Origin: an uncultured archaeon
GTDB lineage: Archaea; Thermoproteota; Nitrososphaeria; Nitrososphaerales; Gagatemarchaeaceae
DNA length: 64,000 nucleotides
Direction: 5' to 3'
NCBI GenBank assembly: GCA_963799775.1
Contig: CAWCYD010000003.1
Span: forward strand, 160,001-224,000
Shown here: piece after piece, positions 9,943 to 18,865 of the stretch
Layout: every line of letters starts with the position of its first letter
Position numbering within the stretch: the first letter of the stretch is position 1
Program-made: the position numbers and the translations under genes
The notes under the pieces: model-generated
Databases searched by the model: none
Seen by the model: only the letters and a program-made list of their open reading frames with translations
What the model was told of the DNA's origin: nothing

Positions 9943-10365
9943 CAACAACCCAGCCAAGATTTTGCCTATCAGGCGTGGAGGAAGACGCTGCGATAGTCCC
10001 TCAAAGGCTTGTGCAGCACCTGAGATAAATGCGCCAACCCCATCTGCATGGCGCGTTATCTCAAGGGCTAAGCCCCGATGAGCTCTGTCCCCACTTGGTT
10101 GGGCTGGTGCGACTGAATCCCGTCTCGCTTCACTCAGCAAAGACAGATTCTTGCTCTGTAAGAAACAAACAAAACACAAACCGATGCAAGGTTCGTCATG
10201 CTAAAACCTGAACATCCCGGCGAAGACGCCTGTGGTCGTCCCGGTCAGATACTCCTCGCGAGATGATGGAAGACGAGGCTCGAGGAAGACAGGGGCAAAA
10301 AGCTTCTACCCAAAAGTAGGGAATGCGAATGGTCGCCGCGAGATGACGTGGCTAATGCTGAACTC

Positions 10366-11007
10366 CTAAGATTCCGAATCAAAGTAGGCGTTCCACATCT
10401 CCGCCAGCAGGTGCGCGTTCAGGACGAGCGAAGGGCCGCCTGGCCTTCTCTTCGCAATCGGCTGGGTCACGGCCTTGTAGACCTGCCTCACCTTCCTCGC
10501 CTCGCGGTCGAACTCGGGGATGAGCGTTATCAGGCCCGCACGAACGAAGGCCTTGAGGACGGTACGGTAGAAGTTCGACCGGCTGAGGCGGGCTGGGGCC
10601 ATTCCGCCCCTGTCGAGAGCGTCGGCGAACTCGGCGACCTCTGTCTTCGTGGCTCGCCCCTCTCTCGCCCGGAACCATGCGAGGAAGGCTCGAGAAGCCT
10701 CCCGGGAGGCTCTTGTATGGAACAAGACCGTGCTGACGTCGGCGCCCGCTTCGATCTCCTCCCTGCTCGCCACGAGCAAAAATTTCCCCGTTGGACGAGA
10801 AGGCCTTCTCCGTCTTAAGTTTTCGAGACTTTGAGCAAACGAAAGATCGGGCGTCTGGGCATCAGGCTCCTTTCGTCCAAAGCGACTGAGCACACAGACA
10901 GGAACTGCTCCTGCGATCATAGTCTCCCCAGTCGTAACGTGTCGGCCTAGCTCTTCACACGGATCGCGTGCAGGAGCGCCTCGCGCTCGAGGCGAAGAGG
11001 AGTTCAT
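10366..11007 (-). CDS. Winged-helix-like DNA-binding protein (true start probably near 10800)
   Basis: TKTEVAEFA...SRSNFYRTVLKAFVRAGLITL HTH plus wing; N-terminal part looks non-coding. Confidence 0.55.
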   Translation of the reverse strand: MNSSSPRARGAPARDPCEELGRHVTTGETMIAGAVPVCVLSRFGRKEPDAQTPDLSFAQSLENLRRRRPSRPTGKFLLVASREEIEAGADVSTVLFHTRASREASRAFLAWFRAREGRATKTEVAEFADALDRGGMAPARLSRSNFYRTVLKAFVRAGLITLIPEFDREARKVRQVYKAVTQPIAKRRPGGPSLVLNAHLLAEMWNAYFDSES

Positions 11008-11043
11008 AGCTTCGCCCGGGCAGCCCGTACTCCCAGCCCCTCA

Positions 11044-11650
11044 AAATAGCCTCGATTCCATGCCGACGGTGAATCCCGTCCACCCTGGAGCCCGTAGAGG
11101 GCGTGGAGAAATCTCCACGGCGGGGTCTAGTACCCGTGGAGCGCGTGGAGCTAATGTGGAGTCCTCCTCGCCGACTCTCCCCGCGCCCCGACCGTGGAGA
11201 ATCGAGGAATCCACGGCCTCTCCAGGGCTCTCTCTGCATGACCATCACGTGGAAATCCACGACATCGATGAGTGGGCACCCGCGCATCCCCGGGGAATCG
11301 CCCTGGGCGAGCCGTGCGATCCAGAAGAAATAGTCTGTGGCCACCGTGCGTCGCAATCTGACCTGTCCTGCGCGCCCGAGCGACCTAGCGTGCAATGCTC
11401 CTGCGCGCCCGAGTCTATCAGCCGCGCGACTCGTGCGACCCAAGACGTGTCCGTGCGAGCGACCCGCGCAATGGCGCCCGGCATTGCCCGTGGGAGTTTC
11501 ATTCGCACGGGGACTGCCCTTAGTCGGCCCACTTGGAAATAGCCTCGATTCCTGTGTGGGATACCCTACTCCGCGCGAACGCCTGTGCGGCTCTTGTCTA
11601 GCACGAGCCCTCGTGGGATATGTACGGATAGCGGGGCGATAGTACGGATA
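11044..11650. repeat. Non-coding array of short repeats bounded by a 16-bp direct repeat (origin-like)
   Basis: AAATAGCCTCGATTCC at 11044 and 11537; 8 CGTGGA/TCCACG in 11102-11261; 5 CGTGCG/CGCACG in 11313-11509; TCCTGCGCGCCCGAG at 11366 and 11399; GTACGGATA at 11622 and 11642. Confidence 0.75.
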
Positions 11651-11736
11651 ACTCTGAGATACTTGGCCTTGCCGTCAACGAAGGCCTACCCATGGGTAAT
11701 TAGGGCTCGAACAGGGGAAGGTGCTGGACGACCAGC

Positions 11737-12150
11737 TTGACTTTGACCATTATCATAGCGAAAGGGGAGTTAGACGGAGAGCTGAGTGAGCTCGTTGCGC
11801 TCACTAGGTCCGGACGCCCCTCGGTAATCCTTGCGTGGAAAATCGAGCACACGCGCGGATGGCTTGAACTGGGAGGAGAGCGTACGACGAAGGCGGAGTG
11901 TGATCCCGAGGTCGCAGTGGCGGAGCTAGTCATTCGAGAGGTAATGAGGAGCACAGAAAGGGCTGACAAGGAACGAAAGGAGTTGCTAGATAGCGCCAGA
12001 AAAATGGAAGCGGCCGAGAACGACAGAAAAAAGCGGCTGCAGGCCGAACTCAGAGGAATTGAAGATGCTCAGCGTGGGCGAAGAGAACTAGGAATCTTTC
12101 CAGACGCAAAAGCAAACGCTGGCAATGGTTCTCCAACCCAATCTCCCTGA
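11737..12150 (+). CDS. Hypothetical protein with C-terminal coiled coil
   Basis: Protein-like composition, charged heptads; no family recognised. Confidence 0.5.
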   Translation: MTLTIIIAKGELDGELSELVALTRSGRPSVILAWKIEHTRGWLELGGERTTKAECDPEVAVAELVIREVMRSTERADKERKELLDSARKMEAAENDRKKRLQAELRGIEDAQRGRRELGIFPDAKANAGNGSPTQSP

Positions 12151-12342
12151 ATGTCAAGAGTGGCTGGTTAGAGCCAAAGGCCTGCTCCGAGTCTACTGGG
12201 TCGATGCGCTAGCCTTCTCTGATCAAGAAGGCTCAAGGCGAGGTATCTTCGTTTCAGAAGTTCCGACAACCCCTCCGGCCTTGAACCACGCTGGAGGGTG
12301 CAAAATACATATACGAACTGACGGGTTCAACAGCGTACTCCG

Positions 12343-12549
12343 TTGTCTTCGCGCGGCCAGGTCTTCTGCCCTCTCTGCAAGGAGAGGGCTCGGCCCTACA
12401 TGGTCGGCGTATTCCGCGTATGGCGCTGTCCCAACCGGTCGTGCGCCCTGTACGAGACCATGGTCCAGAAGGACGACTCGCGGCACGCGGAGATATCGGT
12501 CTACTGGCTGACGGATGAGGACTTGAAGAAGCTACAGCTCAGGGAGTAG
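12343..12549 (+). CDS. Zn-finger microprotein
   Basis: CPLC...WRCPNRSC. Confidence 0.6.
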   Translation: MSSRGQVFCPLCKERARPYMVGVFRVWRCPNRSCALYETMVQKDDSRHAEISVYWLTDEDLKKLQLRE

Positions 12550-12922
12550 GCTGACGCGAGTTGGAACTGAGCGCCAGCGCCTGCCCCTGTCAGTGCCATG
12601 CGAGGGTCAGGCCGACGCATCACATCGACGAGCCCTTCGCAAGACCGTGGGGGGACCAGTGCGGCTACTGCGGGTGCATCGCCCGTTGACCTGCCGCGTC
12701 GCGCGTTCGTGGTGGGAAGCCCTTGGTTCGGTAGGCCCCGCTGGACCCGCGAAGACCAGGAAATCGGGTCACGCGCTCGCATACACGATGATCACGTCAG
12801 ACACAGGTCAAGCCTCGGGAGATACACCGGCGGTCGGAATTGCGGCCTAGAGGCGCCCTATCTGCTCGAGGATGGTGCGATCCTTCTCTATCACGAACCT
12901 TGCTAAGGTGACGAAGCCGGAC

Positions 12923-13315
12923 TCACCAGCGTCGGAACTCTCGGATCTCATGCCCCTGTAACCAGCTTTTCACCTCCTCGGGCGTATAAAACCCTTCACG
13001 GATGCCGATGACCACGCGGCCGTTGTACCTCGCCCTCAACTCTTCGCCGTTGGTGATGAGGAAGGTATCGGTCACGGTCCACGCAGTGCGCCTGTTCGCG
13101 CTCCCAAAGGCGTGCTTCTTGATTAGCCCGATGAAGATCACCGCAGCCTTGTCGAAGATGTCGCCGTGCTTGGCCTTCGCCTCCGCCAGGGTGGTCTCAA
13201 TAGCAATCCTTGACTTCACGCTGTGCGCGTCTCCTCTCTTGGCTCTCACCTGTTGCAGGACGATCTTGTTCACCTCGATTATGTCGTCTACAGTCGGATA
13301 GACTATGCCGCCCAA
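12923..13315 (-). CDS. Doc/Fic-family toxin-like protein
   Basis: YPTVDDIIEVN, DIFDKAA, HAFGSANRRTA (Fic motif variant). Confidence 0.85.
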   Translation of the reverse strand: MGGIVYPTVDDIIEVNKIVLQQVRAKRGDAHSVKSRIAIETTLAEAKAKHGDIFDKAAVIFIGLIKKHAFGSANRRTAWTVTDTFLITNGEELRARYNGRVVIGIREGFYTPEEVKSWLQGHEIREFRRW

Positions 13316-13590
13316 GCCGAACGATTGGTTGGTCTCGAACTATATACGCTAGGATCTGATTGTGGCTTTGGGACGTAATTCGGCAGGTCATAGATGAATT
13401 GTAGTCACGCAACGCAGCGATATGTCTGAATGTATCGTTCCCGTGACTCTCTGCCCAAGAGTTTCTCACCCATTGGCCTAAGGGAGAAGAGATCGATGCT
13501 GATTCCAACCGGGTCCACGAACGGAGGCGTGCTCGTTCAGGGGTCTCGCGGGATCGCGTGACGACTCAGATGGTGCGGCCTGGGGCGCAG

Positions 13591-13959
13591 TCAAAGCCAG
13601 CCCAAGCTCCACTCTGAAAGGTACCTCTCGATGTCGGACCGGTCAGTTACGCGACACTGCTTCATCAGCTTCCGGTTGAGGCGGTTCCTGCGCTCGCGGA
13701 GCTTCGTGTAATTGGGATTTGCCCTCATCGTCGGGGAGGAGTGCTGCGTGAGCCACTTCAGGTCTTTGTCTATCAGGCCCGAGAGATACCGGAGTTCGTC
13801 CTGGGTAAGGCGGGGCCGTCCGGAAGGCGTCCGTGCTTGTTTGGTTCCATTTGAAGGAACCCTTAGGTCACGTTGCCCAGAGGTATTCTCAAATGGTGCC
13901 GTTTGTTCATCGACATATTCGCCCTTGACATCGATTATCACGGCGTCGCCGGAGCTCAT
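13591..13959 (-). CDS. Hypothetical protein
   Basis: ATGA overlap with the ATPase gene. Confidence 0.55.
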   Translation of the reverse strand: MSSGDAVIIDVKGEYVDEQTAPFENTSGQRDLRVPSNGTKQARTPSGRPRLTQDELRYLSGLIDKDLKWLTQHSSPTMRANPNYTKLRERRNRLNRKLMKQCRVTDRSDIERYLSEWSLGWL

Positions 13960-15347
13960 GCCCCCGCCTGCTGGGGAAGCTTCGCCGCCATCGTATCGGA
14001 TGCGGCGTTAGCGTTCATTTCCGGCGTCGCCGCAATATTGGCGGCCTTGCCGCTATCTGCCGCAATCCTAGGCCCCAAATCAATGGCGGCAATGAAGTCC
14101 TGAGGGGAGGCATATTCGCATCGTAGCAGGCTCTCCCATGCCCCCAAAATAATTCTCTCTCGGTCGAGCGTAGCTCCCTTCGAGCCCTCCATCACTTCGT
14201 AGATGTGAGATCCGTGGTACCCTTTCTCTTCTTTTCCCTCCGCGTCAGTCTTCGCTATGAGGACTTGCTTCTCTCGGAGCGAGGCGACGAGCTGCCGGAG
14301 GGTCCGGCTCGAATAGAGGTCGCTCTTACCCTCCTTCCTCGCGGCCTTGACGAGTTCTGGGGCCGTGAGCGGTTGCACCTTCACGGCGAGGTCAAGAAGC
14401 TCCTTCTCCTTGTCGGTCAGGCCGCCTAGTGTCTGGCGGAGATTGCTTCCCGCCTTCTCGAGGACCAACCAAAGGTCATCGATGCTCGCTACGATCTGCT
14501 TTTCGCCATCCGTCTCGATGATAGGCCGCTGCATGAAGTGGAGCTTCGCCGAGGCTTCGATGAGCCTAGAGAGCTTTTCGGTGTCGCGCCTGCTCGAGGG
14601 GCGGTCCTTCGGGATTATCGAGTCAAGGGACTCGGCGAACGGGGTAATGACCCGGAGCCTCTCCGTCTCCTCGAGAATACGCTCCATAGTCCATCGAGCG
14701 GCGCCTTGCTTGAGGAGATAGTCCGTGAACCTGCGTTGCGCTCTCTTCTTGAGCTTCGCCCTGACAACTTGCCCCGTGGTCTTCTCGTCATCGCGGATGT
14801 GCAGGACCGACAGCCTGTTGAGGAGCTCGGGAGGGACCCAGCGGCTTGACGTCAGGAGAAATTGGTCGACTTTGACGCGGCGCTCTACGCTTTCCATGCC
14901 GCCCTCTCCTTTCTTCGGAAAGAGGAGGACGAGTTCGCCTTCGCTGATGAGGAGCTTCATGTTAAACTGACTCGTGCTCTCTTCGTCTCCGGAGGGCCTG
15001 AGCTCCGCAAGGTATAGGGTGTGATAGAGCGCGTCTTCCTTCAGCCATCGGAGAGCGTTCTCCGTCATGTCACTTACTTTCCTCACCCAACCCACCGGCA
15101 TTATCGACGTGACCGCATCGACGAGGGAATTCTTCCCGCCCGAGCTGGCGCCGTCGACCAGGAGACTTTGACGGGCGACCATCTCTAGGATGAGCTGCGC
15201 GACGTTCTCATCCTCTCCCACCAAAAAGTCCTCTTTGGCGTCGGGCTTGCTCGCCGCCTCGAGAAGACGGTCGAGAATGTCCGGAGCCCGCAACCAGACT
15301 AGCGCCTCCCCGCGGGCAGGGTCGAGCTCGTCGGCCATCGAACTCAC
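13956..15347 (-). CDS. MCM-like AAA+ ATPase (putative replicative helicase) with C-terminal wHTH
   Basis: Walker A GASSGGKN, Walker B-like LYLAE, Arg finger ELLNR, sensor-2-like SRRDTEKLSRLIEASAKL. Confidence 0.7.
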   Translation of the reverse strand: MSSMADELDPARGEALVWLRAPDILDRLLEAASKPDAKEDFLVGEDENVAQLILEMVARQSLLVDGASSGGKNSLVDAVTSIMPVGWVRKVSDMTENALRWLKEDALYHTLYLAELRPSGDEESTSQFNMKLLISEGELVLLFPKKGEGGMESVERRVKVDQFLLTSSRWVPPELLNRLSVLHIRDDEKTTGQVVRAKLKKRAQRRFTDYLLKQGAARWTMERILEETERLRVITPFAESLDSIIPKDRPSSRRDTEKLSRLIEASAKLHFMQRPIIETDGEKQIVASIDDLWLVLEKAGSNLRQTLGGLTDKEKELLDLAVKVQPLTAPELVKAARKEGKSDLYSSRTLRQLVASLREKQVLIAKTDAEGKEEKGYHGSHIYEVMEGSKGATLDRERIILGAWESLLRCEYASPQDFIAAIDLGPRIAADSGKAANIAATPEMNANAASDTMAAKLPQQAGA

Positions 15348-15490
15348 GTCAAAACTCCAGGGCCCCTTTGGATTTCACGAGGCAGAACGTGCTCTTTCGT
15401 CGAATGAGCTCGCGAGCCGCAAATCTCGCACGTCGTTTCTACCCTTGACTGGTTGACCGCGTATGCCGTGTCGGTGACGAATCTATCCAC
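15344..15490 (-). CDS. Zn-knuckle microprotein (start uncertain)
   Basis: CEICGSRAHSTKEH; stop overlaps ATPase start (GTGA). Confidence 0.45.
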   Translation of the reverse strand: MDRFVTDTAYAVNQSRVETTCEICGSRAHSTKEHVLPREIQRGPGVLT

Positions 15491-15597
15491 GGGACGCAGT
15501 CCAGCTTCGCTGCGAGCTTCACCCGTAGGCTTCACCCCAAGGGTGCCAAAAATGCGTGCCTGGGAAGACGCCAAGAAGCTTGCGGGTTTGCTGATTC

Positions 15598-15864
15598 CTA
15601 CAAAGAGGGCACAAGTCTTCGACAAACGGGTAATTGAAAATCTGCCTGCACTGCCCACACCTCTGCAGGTGCCCAAGTGTAGCCATTCTTGGAACCCTTC
15701 AAAAGGACTCCTTCGGCAACTTCTCTGTAAAGTCGTGCCCAAACCCGTCTTTCCTCGTCGCCTGCCTCGAGCTCTCTGAGCTTCGACAGGAGTTCTCGGT
15801 ATTCTTTCCCAATCTGGCGGATTTTGACCTTCAAAATGAAGTTCTTGTTGTTCTCGTATGTCAA
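15598..15864 (-). CDS. Hypothetical protein
   Basis: TTG start overlapping the upstream stop (TTGA). Confidence 0.5.
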   Translation of the reverse strand: MTYENNKNFILKVKIRQIGKEYRELLSKLRELEAGDEERRVWARLYREVAEGVLLKGSKNGYTWAPAEVWAVQADFQLPVCRRLVPSL

Positions 15865-16013
15865 GCCCGGTCTACTTCCATGCTCATATTGCGTTCGACC
15901 TGCATGAGGTGCCACAGCGGGTAACCGAGGCCGTCCGCCAGCTCGAACGACGAGATCTTCGCGAAGTATTTGGACGTTGGGAGCGGAATTGCCCGTTCGT
16001 TTCCCTTCGTCAT
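15861..16013 (-). CDS. Hypothetical microprotein (50 aa; not in ORF track)
   Basis: MTKGNERAIPLPTSKYFAKISSFELADGLGYPLWHLMQVERNMSMEVDRA; 4-nt stop/start overlaps at both ends. Confidence 0.5.
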   Translation of the reverse strand: MTKGNERAIPLPTSKYFAKISSFELADGLGYPLWHLMQVERNMSMEVDRA

Positions 16014-16201
16014 GAGATTCTAGGCTCCGCTTGAATTCGGTTGCGTCCGGCCAAAATTCTGCCTCTGCAGCTCGAGCAGATCAGGACCGGCTCATTGTTG
16101 ACCAGGGCAGTATAGCAATTGCCGACATCGATGATTTCCCGTAGACATCTCGCGCATACTCGTGGAACCTCTTTAGTCGACTGCGAGGTCTGGCTTGACA
16201 T
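16010..16201 (-). CDS. Zn-finger microprotein
   Basis: CARC...ICSSC; ATG lies 1 nt after the upstream stop. Confidence 0.6.
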   Translation of the reverse strand: MSSQTSQSTKEVPRVCARCLREIIDVGNCYTALVNNEPVLICSSCRGRILAGRNRIQAEPRIS

Positions 16202-16202
16202 A

Positions 16203-16367
16203 TCAATCACGATCTGTGTAGGAGTGTCGCTTGGTTGAGCGGCCCCATTCAAGGCGGCACTTGCACACTGGACAAACTTTCGGTCGCTGAAGCTTCGGCT
16301 GCCATTCGTAGTCGCAGTTCGGGCAAACCAATATCGTCTTGCGAGCTGTCTTCGATGCGACCTGCAT
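16203..16367 (-). CDS. Zn-ribbon microprotein (54 aa; not in ORF track)
   Basis: MQVASKTARKTILVCPNCDYEWQPKLQRPKVCPVCKCRLEW...; GGAGGT RBS upstream. Confidence 0.7.
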   Translation of the reverse strand: MQVASKTARKTILVCPNCDYEWQPKLQRPKVCPVCKCRLEWGRSTKRHSYTDRD

Positions 16368-16396
16368 GATTACCTCCACCGAAGAGGAGGTTTTAT

Positions 16397-16419
16397 TACC
16401 TGTCTAAACTGTACAGGTA
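16397..16419. promoter_or_regulatory. Candidate operator in the divergent switch region
   Basis: TACCTGT-N9-ACAGGTA in the AT-rich gap between divergent genes. Confidence 0.5.
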
Positions 16420-16433
16420 TAATATAGGCATAC

Positions 16434-17231
16434 ATGTCAAACAAGCCTAAATTGACACCTGTGCGAAAAGAGGGCATCGCGGACAGCGTAAGGATGGAAA
16501 CCCTCAAAGTTCTGGCAGAGGAAGGTGAAGTCTTTCAAAGCAAACTGATTAGCGCTGTGGCGAACCGGTTGGTCCTGGATCCAAACACCACAAGCGGGCT
16601 CGTCAGGAAATTCCTGGATAAGCAGAAGGGCGACCTCGTCAAGATTTCCAAATCGGCAAAAACGGGTTTTTTGGAAGGTCCGAGGAGGAAGTACTGGGAG
16701 CTAACAACTAATGGCATAGGATATCTGTATGGGGAAACACACGATCTCGCGGAACTTTCGAAAGTCATAACGAAGCTGCAGCCGCCGGAGTACGGAGGGA
16801 TGCTGGCAATCTACGAGACAATCGCAAGTAGCAAGAAGCTCTGCAAGGAAGTCGAACTCGACCTGAACATGTACTATGACGGACTAGCGAAGTCCGCTGA
16901 ATATCATAATATTGGCAAAAGACTTCAACGCGGACTACAAATCAAGGTCGACGTTGGGATTACGTACGACATAGGCGGAATCTTAATTGCATCTGTCATG
17001 CAGCACTTAGCCCAAGACAAGGATTTGAGAAGCGAGGTTGGGTATGTTAGGATCTCCAAAGTCTGCGAGTTTGCGGCTGCGCTTGCTCGGGATCAAGAAC
17101 AGAATCTAAAATCCTTCAAAAGCGTGATAAGAGTCATGAGAGGTTCAATGGAGTCACCCTCAAAAGTGCAGAATTCACGTTCCTTGTCCAGTCGTACAAA
17201 AGTGCCTCAGCCATCGAACGCCTCGGTCTAA
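16434..17231 (+). CDS. Winged-helix transcriptional regulator (putative repressor)
   Basis: N-terminal wHTH ending GPRRKYWELTTNG; divergent from the replication operon. Confidence 0.6.
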   Translation: MSNKPKLTPVRKEGIADSVRMETLKVLAEEGEVFQSKLISAVANRLVLDPNTTSGLVRKFLDKQKGDLVKISKSAKTGFLEGPRRKYWELTTNGIGYLYGETHDLAELSKVITKLQPPEYGGMLAIYETIASSKKLCKEVELDLNMYYDGLAKSAEYHNIGKRLQRGLQIKVDVGITYDIGGILIASVMQHLAQDKDLRSEVGYVRISKVCEFAAALARDQEQNLKSFKSVIRVMRGSMESPSKVQNSRSLSSRTKVPQPSNASV

Positions 17232-17317
17232 TCGAAGCATCGGGGGCTGAGCTATTTTTCACGAGGACTACCTCTTTGACGATAATTCAGCAAGAAAAAC
17301 GTTGACTGGGCTAATTT

Positions 17318-18694
17318 CTATCCGACTTCAGTTCTTCCGGTCTGATACGGGGCATTTCTGGGTCGACTTGCAAACCCTCTCCGATCAGCTTCCGTATCGC
17401 AGGATGACTCAAGAGGACAGTTCAATGCCTCGTCGTTCGCTCGCCTCTCCTCGCGCTCGGTCTGACTCGAGCGTTCCATGTCCGTGAGCCTCTGCTTGGT
17501 TTCGAGCAGCTCGATCCTCGTGTCCCGCAGCTTGACATCCTGCTCATCCTCTATCTTCTCGAGCTTCTGACTAAGCTGAGCTTCAGACCTGTAGGCCTCA
17601 CCGATGCTCAAGTACGGCATGGCTCTCAAGTATTGCTCTATAGCAGGCTTCGGGATGTGGCGATCATAATGTTCTTTGGTCCCCGTCGAATGTCCGATAA
17701 GTTTCTCGACGTACTCCTCGGCGATGTGGTCTTTGGAGACATTATCAAAGAACTTCCTCAATCCATGGCACGCCTGTACCTCGAAGCGCTTCGCTGACCC
17801 CTTCTGCCTCAGGCCGGCCTTCCAGCAAAGCCGGGTCACGTCGTTCCTTATCCCTGTGACGCTGTATCTCGTTTGCTTTCCCACAGCCCATCTCCGGGTT
17901 ACGATGAGAGGTGATTCCTCGGTGACTTTCTCGCCCTTTGCTCTCCGAGTTCCCAGGTACTCTTGGAACTTCAAAAAAGCTTCCTTCGAAATCAGCGTTT
18001 CGTACTCGTCGTCACCTTCGTCCGCGTACACAGTCACCTGTGCGCAGGCAAGATTCCCCTTAATCATGACGGGCTTGACATGCCCGACGTTGAGAAACTC
18101 AAAGGCTCCGACCCTCATCCCGGACGAGGCCATGAACAGGATTGCCACCTGCAGGTGGAGGGAAGCGACGGCCAGAAGTTTCTGGATCTCCTCGAACTTG
18201 TACTCTCTGTCCTTGCTCCTCTTCTCCGCGGGGAGCAGTCGCATCATCTTCTTCCACGGTATGGCGACCTCGTTCATCTCGAGGGCGAGCTTTATCGGTG
18301 TGAGGCGCCTCCTCACTTCAGCCGGGCCGAGCTCTCCCTTTGCGACCTTTTCGTTGAGCATGCGGATGAAGCGAAGGACGTCCACCTTCGCTTTCGTTGG
18401 GTCATTCACCGAGGCCTGGATCAGCTTGTACATCCCGTTGGTGGTTTCGGCTCTGGTCTGGTTAGCCAGATAGTCTGGGCCTCGGGTGTGGTGTATCTTC
18501 TTCGGGTCGGCGTATCCCGCGAACTCGAGGAACCAGCGCGAGTCCCGGAAGTAGTCCTGCTTCGTCCACCTGCTCTTGACGGACTCCCAAGGAAGTATCA
18601 AGGCCTCGTGCTGGGCGTCGCTGGGCATCGCCATAGCTACGGTCGAGGGTTCGAGTCGAGGGACTCCTGCGCCTATTGTCTCCTGGCCTGTCAT
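17318..18694 (-). CDS. Tyrosine integrase with C-terminal coiled coil (probable late frameshift)
   Basis: SSGMRVG (R), HGLRKFF (HxxR), LIGH, HY catalytic Tyr; adjacent to att/tRNA. Confidence 0.92.
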   Translation of the reverse strand: MTGQETIGAGVPRLEPSTVAMAMPSDAQHEALILPWESVKSRWTKQDYFRDSRWFLEFAGYADPKKIHHTRGPDYLANQTRAETTNGMYKLIQASVNDPTKAKVDVLRFIRMLNEKVAKGELGPAEVRRRLTPIKLALEMNEVAIPWKKMMRLLPAEKRSKDREYKFEEIQKLLAVASLHLQVAILFMASSGMRVGAFEFLNVGHVKPVMIKGNLACAQVTVYADEGDDEYETLISKEAFLKFQEYLGTRRAKGEKVTEESPLIVTRRWAVGKQTRYSVTGIRNDVTRLCWKAGLRQKGSAKRFEVQACHGLRKFFDNVSKDHIAEEYVEKLIGHSTGTKEHYDRHIPKPAIEQYLRAMPYLSIGEAYRSEAQLSQKLEKIEDEQDVKLRDTRIELLETKQRLTDMERSSQTEREERRANDEALNCPLESSCDTEADRRGFASRPRNAPYQTGRTEVG

Positions 18695-18736
18695 TGCTTC
18701 CGTCTCCCTGAATTTGGGTAGAAGTATTTAGTCATG

Positions 18737-18761
18737 AATGAAGCGGCGTCGGGCCGACTCG
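18737..18761. repeat. att site, tRNA-proximal copy
   Basis: Identical to 1097-1121; overlaps the tRNA-Asn 3' end. Confidence 0.93.
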
Positions 18762-18865
18762 AACGGCCGACCAACTGGTTAACAGCCAGTTGCTTTTGGT
18801 AAGCTCTTCATTAGAGTTCTACCATGCCCCCCGGCATTTTTTGGATGCCTCTGAGCTACGACGCC
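18744..18865 (-). tRNA. tRNA-Asn(GTT) with two non-canonical introns (15/16 at 18827-18850; 22/23 at 18795-18818)
   Basis: Acceptor GGCGTCG/CGACGCC, anticodon arm ACTGG-CTGTTAA-CCAGT, T arm GGCCG-TTCGAGT-CGGCC; removing two 24-nt BHB-like segments restores D arm GCTC-AGCATGGTA-GAGC. Confidence 0.92.

Larger units (their letters stand above)
1097..18761. mobile_element. Integrated genetic element (~17.7 kb) inserted at the 3' end of tRNA-Asn(GTT)
   Basis: Exact 25-bp direct repeat at both ends matching the tRNA 3' end; tyrosine integrase next to the tRNA; lower and variable GC; R-M, toxin and small regulator cargo. Confidence 0.93.

Noticed and set aside
11060-11542. 160-aa ORF lying exactly between the 16-bp repeats
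   Set aside because: Low-complexity Arg/Ala/Pro/Ser translation expected from GC-rich repeats; no recognisable domain.
11044-11650. CRISPR array
   Set aside because: Repeats are 6-16 bp, irregularly spaced and in both orientations; no cas genes are present.
17676-18721. Long antisense or alternate-frame ORFs here and across the window (e.g. 41876..43246 beyond its N-terminus, 47502..48680, 37804..38721)
   Set aside because: Shadow ORFs expected from high GC3; they overlap well-supported genes.
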